A stretch of DNA of 58,559 bases from a virus (taxonomy: Duplodnaviria; Caudoviricetes), in IMG/VR virus record IMGVR_UViG_3300030095_002502, positions 1-58,559 of that record; one strand, 5' to 3'. The position numbers were made by a program, and so were the translations under genes. The notes under the pieces are model-generated. The model was given only the letters and a program-made list of their open reading frames with translations. It searched no databases and was not told the origin of the DNA. Positions 55,920-58,559 of this stretch are shown here, in pieces. Position 1 is the first letter of the stretch. Every line of letters begins with the position of its first letter.

Positions 55920-56987
55920 ATGGTCGCACTTAACGAAAATTTAGCAGCCGGTGTACTTACGTCCCTGAATACAGGTGCCGTAGACGGTGGTGTAGGAGAA
56001 AGAGTATTAATTGATTATAAAGACGCAATAGAAGACTACAAAGTAGTTAATCTACCAGCGCTATCAATGTTCTGTGAACCTATGACTACAGAAACTGGCG
56101 GTGATATTGATATCACTTTCGCAAAACCCTCAATGGGTATGCAAGAAATCAGCGAAGGTAACACTCCGCAATACCAACACACTAACTTACGCTCCGAGAG
56201 AGTGTCAGTTGATGAATGGGGTATAGCAATTGGTGTAACCCGAAGAATGATTGAAGACTCACGATTTAACGAAGTAGAAATGGCTTTGAACGAAGCTCGC
56301 AGAGCTGTCGACAGACACGTAACCAAACACGTTGTATATGCACTTTTCGGAATTGCAGATGCAACATTAAAAACCGGTCTAACTGGTGGTACCGTCTCTA
56401 TTCAAGACAACACAGCAGAATCTGTTATCACAACTTTCGCAACCGCCCCAAACGGTGGTTTCTTAGGAAGCGGTGGTACAGTTAACGAAGGACGTATCTA
56501 CTCATACGGTAATACATCAGACGCAATCCTAGAAGGCGCCCACTATGTGGACGACGGAGGTTCAGCAGGAGCAGTTGTCTTATCAAAAATTACCGATTCT
56601 ATGGAACTAATCGGTGGTCACGGATTCAACGCATCAGCTTTGATGATTTCACCCGGACACTACAAGACTATCTTAAATATGGCAGACTTTACAACTGCGG
56701 TATCAAACGAGAACAGATATGTTCTAGATACTCCAGTCAATAAGACTTCCATCACAGGACTCATTGGAAGCATATACGGATTAAAAGTATATGTTAACGC
56801 ATGGTGTCCACCTGACAGATATCTTGTTTGGGATGAAGCAGAAAAGCCTATGGCTTATGTTGAAAGAAGACCATTGACTGTTGAAGAGGCAAATCCCGGA
56901 TTTGGAATTGTCGGTTCATACATGTCTATGAGATACGGTTTGAAAATTACGAAACCAGCAGCTGGTGTAGTAATAATTAACGCTTAG
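55920..56987 (+). CDS. major capsid protein (HK97 fold)
   Basis: 355 aa; ISEG, VTRRMIEDS, GSIYGLKVYV, MRYGLKI; canonical gene order. Confidence 0.9.
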   Translation: MVALNENLAAGVLTSLNTGAVDGGVGERVLIDYKDAIEDYKVVNLPALSMFCEPMTTETGGDIDITFAKPSMGMQEISEGNTPQYQHTNLRSERVSVDEWGIAIGVTRRMIEDSRFNEVEMALNEARRAVDRHVTKHVVYALFGIADATLKTGLTGGTVSIQDNTAESVITTFATAPNGGFLGSGGTVNEGRIYSYGNTSDAILEGAHYVDDGGSAGAVVLSKITDSMELIGGHGFNASALMISPGHYKTILNMADFTTAVSNENRYVLDTPVNKTSITGLIGSIYGLKVYVNAWCPPDRYLVWDEAEKPMAYVERRPLTVEEANPGFGIVGSYMSMRYGLKITKPAAGVVIINA

Positions 56988-57027
56988 ATTTAATCTAACT
57001 TAATTTAAACTCAAACGCAAAAAGGCT

Positions 57028-57070
57028 TGGAGGAGGGCCTTAATCTCCTCCACTTTACACTTATTTATTT
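57028..57070 (+). terminator. hairpin and T-rich tract after the MCP gene
   Basis: TGGAGGAG (57028-35) / CTCCTCCA (57045-52), then TTATTTTATT. Confidence 0.55.
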
Positions 57071-57073
57071 ATT

Positions 57074-58559
57074 ATGGGAAAGAACGAACTAATTAATGGA
57101 AACCCCGCACAGGGGACTACCAAACCATGGGTTCTCTCTCAAGTCACATCTGGTGCACAGGGAGGAACAGGTGCACAAGGTGGTGACGGACCACAAGGTA
57201 CAGCTGGTACAACAGCATCTCAAGGTACAACTGGTGCACAAGGAACTACAGGAACTCAAGGTACAAATGGTACTACGGGTTCTCAAGGTACTACTGGTAA
57301 CACAGGTACACAAGGTAATACTGGTTCACAAGGTGCGCAAGGAAATATAGGACCTACAGGAGCACAAGGTAATACTGGTTCACAAGGTACTACAGGAACT
57401 ACTGGTTCTCAAGGTACAACAGGTAATACAGGTTCACAAGGAACTACAGGTAATACAGGAAGTCAAGGTGCTATAGGAGCACAGGGTACAACAGGTAATA
57501 CAGGAAGCCAAGGTGCTATAGGTGGTCAAGGTATCCAAGGACTTCAAGGTCTTCAAGGTATACAAGGACTTCAAGGAACACAAGGTACACAAGGTAATCA
57601 AGGAATACAAGGTAATCAAGGAATACAAGGTATTTTAGGACTTTTCGGTGGTAACAGTATAGAATTTAATTATAGTAGTTTTGATATTACCGCTGGTTCT
57701 CCGGGACAAACTAATTTTGGATTTAATATTGCATTGCCCGGTGGTGGAGGTGTACCTAATTACGGTTTAATTTCTAAAGTAGGAATATCTAATTTTGATA
57801 TTAATACTACTGATGTTAGTGATTGGGTGGATTCACTTGATGATGGTACTGGTTCAGTACGAGGACATTTAAGAGTTTTTGAAACAACTGATTCTACTAC
57901 ATGGGTTACTTTTAATATCACTGGAGCTAATGCAGCAGGAGGTGCAGGCACAACAGCGTATGAAGAGCTTCAAGTACAATATGTAGATAGTAATAGTTAT
58001 TTTTCTAATGGTGATGATTGTGTAATTACTTTTGTACAAGCTGGTGCACAAGGAACTGCTGGTAGTACTGGAGGTGGTGGAAGTCAAGGAACTACAGGTA
58101 ATACAGGAAGTCAAGGTGCTATAGGAGCACAGGGTACAACAGGTAATACAGGTTCACAGGGTACAGTAGGTAATACAGGAAGTCAAGGTGCAATAGGAGC
58201 ACAAGGAACAGACGGTGCTACAGGTTCACAAGGAACAGATGGTGCTACTGGTGGAGTTGGTGCACAAGGTATCCAAGGTAATCAAGGAATACAAGGACTT
58301 CAAGGAATACAAGGAATACAAGGTATTAAAGGAGACACAGGAGATACTGGTACTCAAGGTAATACTGGTGCTACTGGAGGCGTAGGAAGTCAAGGAGCTA
58401 CGGGTACTACAGGTAATACAGGTTCACAGGGTACAGTAGGTAATACAGGAAGTCAAGGTGCAATAGGAGCACAAGGAACAGACGGTGCTACAGGTTCACA
58501 AGGAACAGATGGTACTGTAGGTGCACAAGGTATTCAAGGTCTTCAAGGAATACAAGGTA
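57074..58559 (+). CDS. collagen-like fibre protein (runs off window end; absent from ORF track)
   Basis: [14 protein letters not shown]... followed by Gly-X-Y repeats (GAQ, GSQ, GNT, GIQ) interrupted by a globular domain at about 57640-58040; no stop seen. Confidence 0.9.
   Translation, partial: MGKNELINGNPAQGTTKPWVLSQVTSGAQGGTGAQGGDGPQGTAGTTASQGTTGAQGTTGTQGTNGTTGSQGTTGNTGTQGNTGSQGAQGNIGPTGAQGNTGSQGTTGTTGSQGTTGNTGSQGTTGNTGSQGAIGAQGTTGNTGSQGAIGGQGIQGLQGLQGIQGLQGTQGTQGNQGIQGNQGIQGILGLFGGNSIEFNYSSFDITAGSPGQTNFGFNIALPGGGGVPNYGLISKVGISNFDINTTDVSDWVDSLDDGTGSVRGHLRVFETTDSTTWVTFNITGANAAGGAGTTAYEELQVQYVDSNSYFSNGDDCVITFVQAGAQGTAGSTGGGGSQGTTGNTGSQGAIGAQGTTGNTGSQGTVGNTGSQGAIGAQGTDGATGSQGTDGATGGVGAQGIQGNQGIQGLQGIQGIQGIKGDTGDTGTQGNTGATGGVGSQGATGTTGNTGSQGTVGNTGSQGAIGAQGTDGATGSQGTDGTVGAQGIQGLQGIQG

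Noticed and set aside
54839-55929. Long - strand ORFs (210 and 194 aa)
   Set aside because: Antisense shadows of the scaffold and decoration genes; the same applies to most short opposite-strand ORFs in the track
57096-57350. 84 aa ORF with HKV/LKV repeats
   Set aside because: Shadow frame of the collagen-like gene
57437-58513. Diversity-generating retroelement TR/VR pair
   Set aside because: Copies are identical rather than adenine-variable, and no reverse transcriptase is present
1-58559. tRNA genes, introns/inteins, stop-codon reassignment
   Set aside because: No cloverleaf recognised by eye; core genes are uninterrupted and of ordinary length under the standard code

Overview
A 58.6 kb segment of an AT-rich tailed archaeal virus (HK97-type capsid, long tail), most consistent with a magrovirus infecting Marine Group II Euryarchaeota (Poseidoniales). 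This host assignment is an inference from BRE/TATA promoters, a family B polymerase, a PriS-PriL-type primase, an aIF-1A and an MGII-style GCxD repeat protein. Layout: tail module on + (1-14.6 kb); a long - strand replication/metabolism block (14.6-37.9 kb: class II RNR, primase, GT4, Sm-like protein, PolB, MazG, aIF-1A, AAA+ helicase, SSB, Hsp20, pyrimidine-dimer glycosylase, WYL, phytoene/squalene synthase, resolvase, ligase, VWA + MoxR); a gene-poor early region (37.9-42.4 kb) with an iteron-like cluster, repeated multi-TATA promoter cassettes, micro-ORFs and several strongly foldable non-coding segments; then a + strand glycan/nucleotide-modification cluster, Cas4-like nuclease, basic micro-proteins, head morphogenesis genes and a truncated collagen-like fibre gene. 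The best candidate for an undescribed system is the early region: ~100 bp promoter cassettes driving micro-ORFs and candidate structured RNAs, in a genome that also encodes Sm-like, WYL and aIF-1A proteins. Also notable are a complete -1 frameshift signal, apparent avoidance of GATC and CCWGG, and a viral phytoene/squalene synthase. No tRNA, rRNA, CRISPR array, integrase or reverse transcriptase was recognised. All calls come from reading motifs by eye; no searches or folding programs were run.
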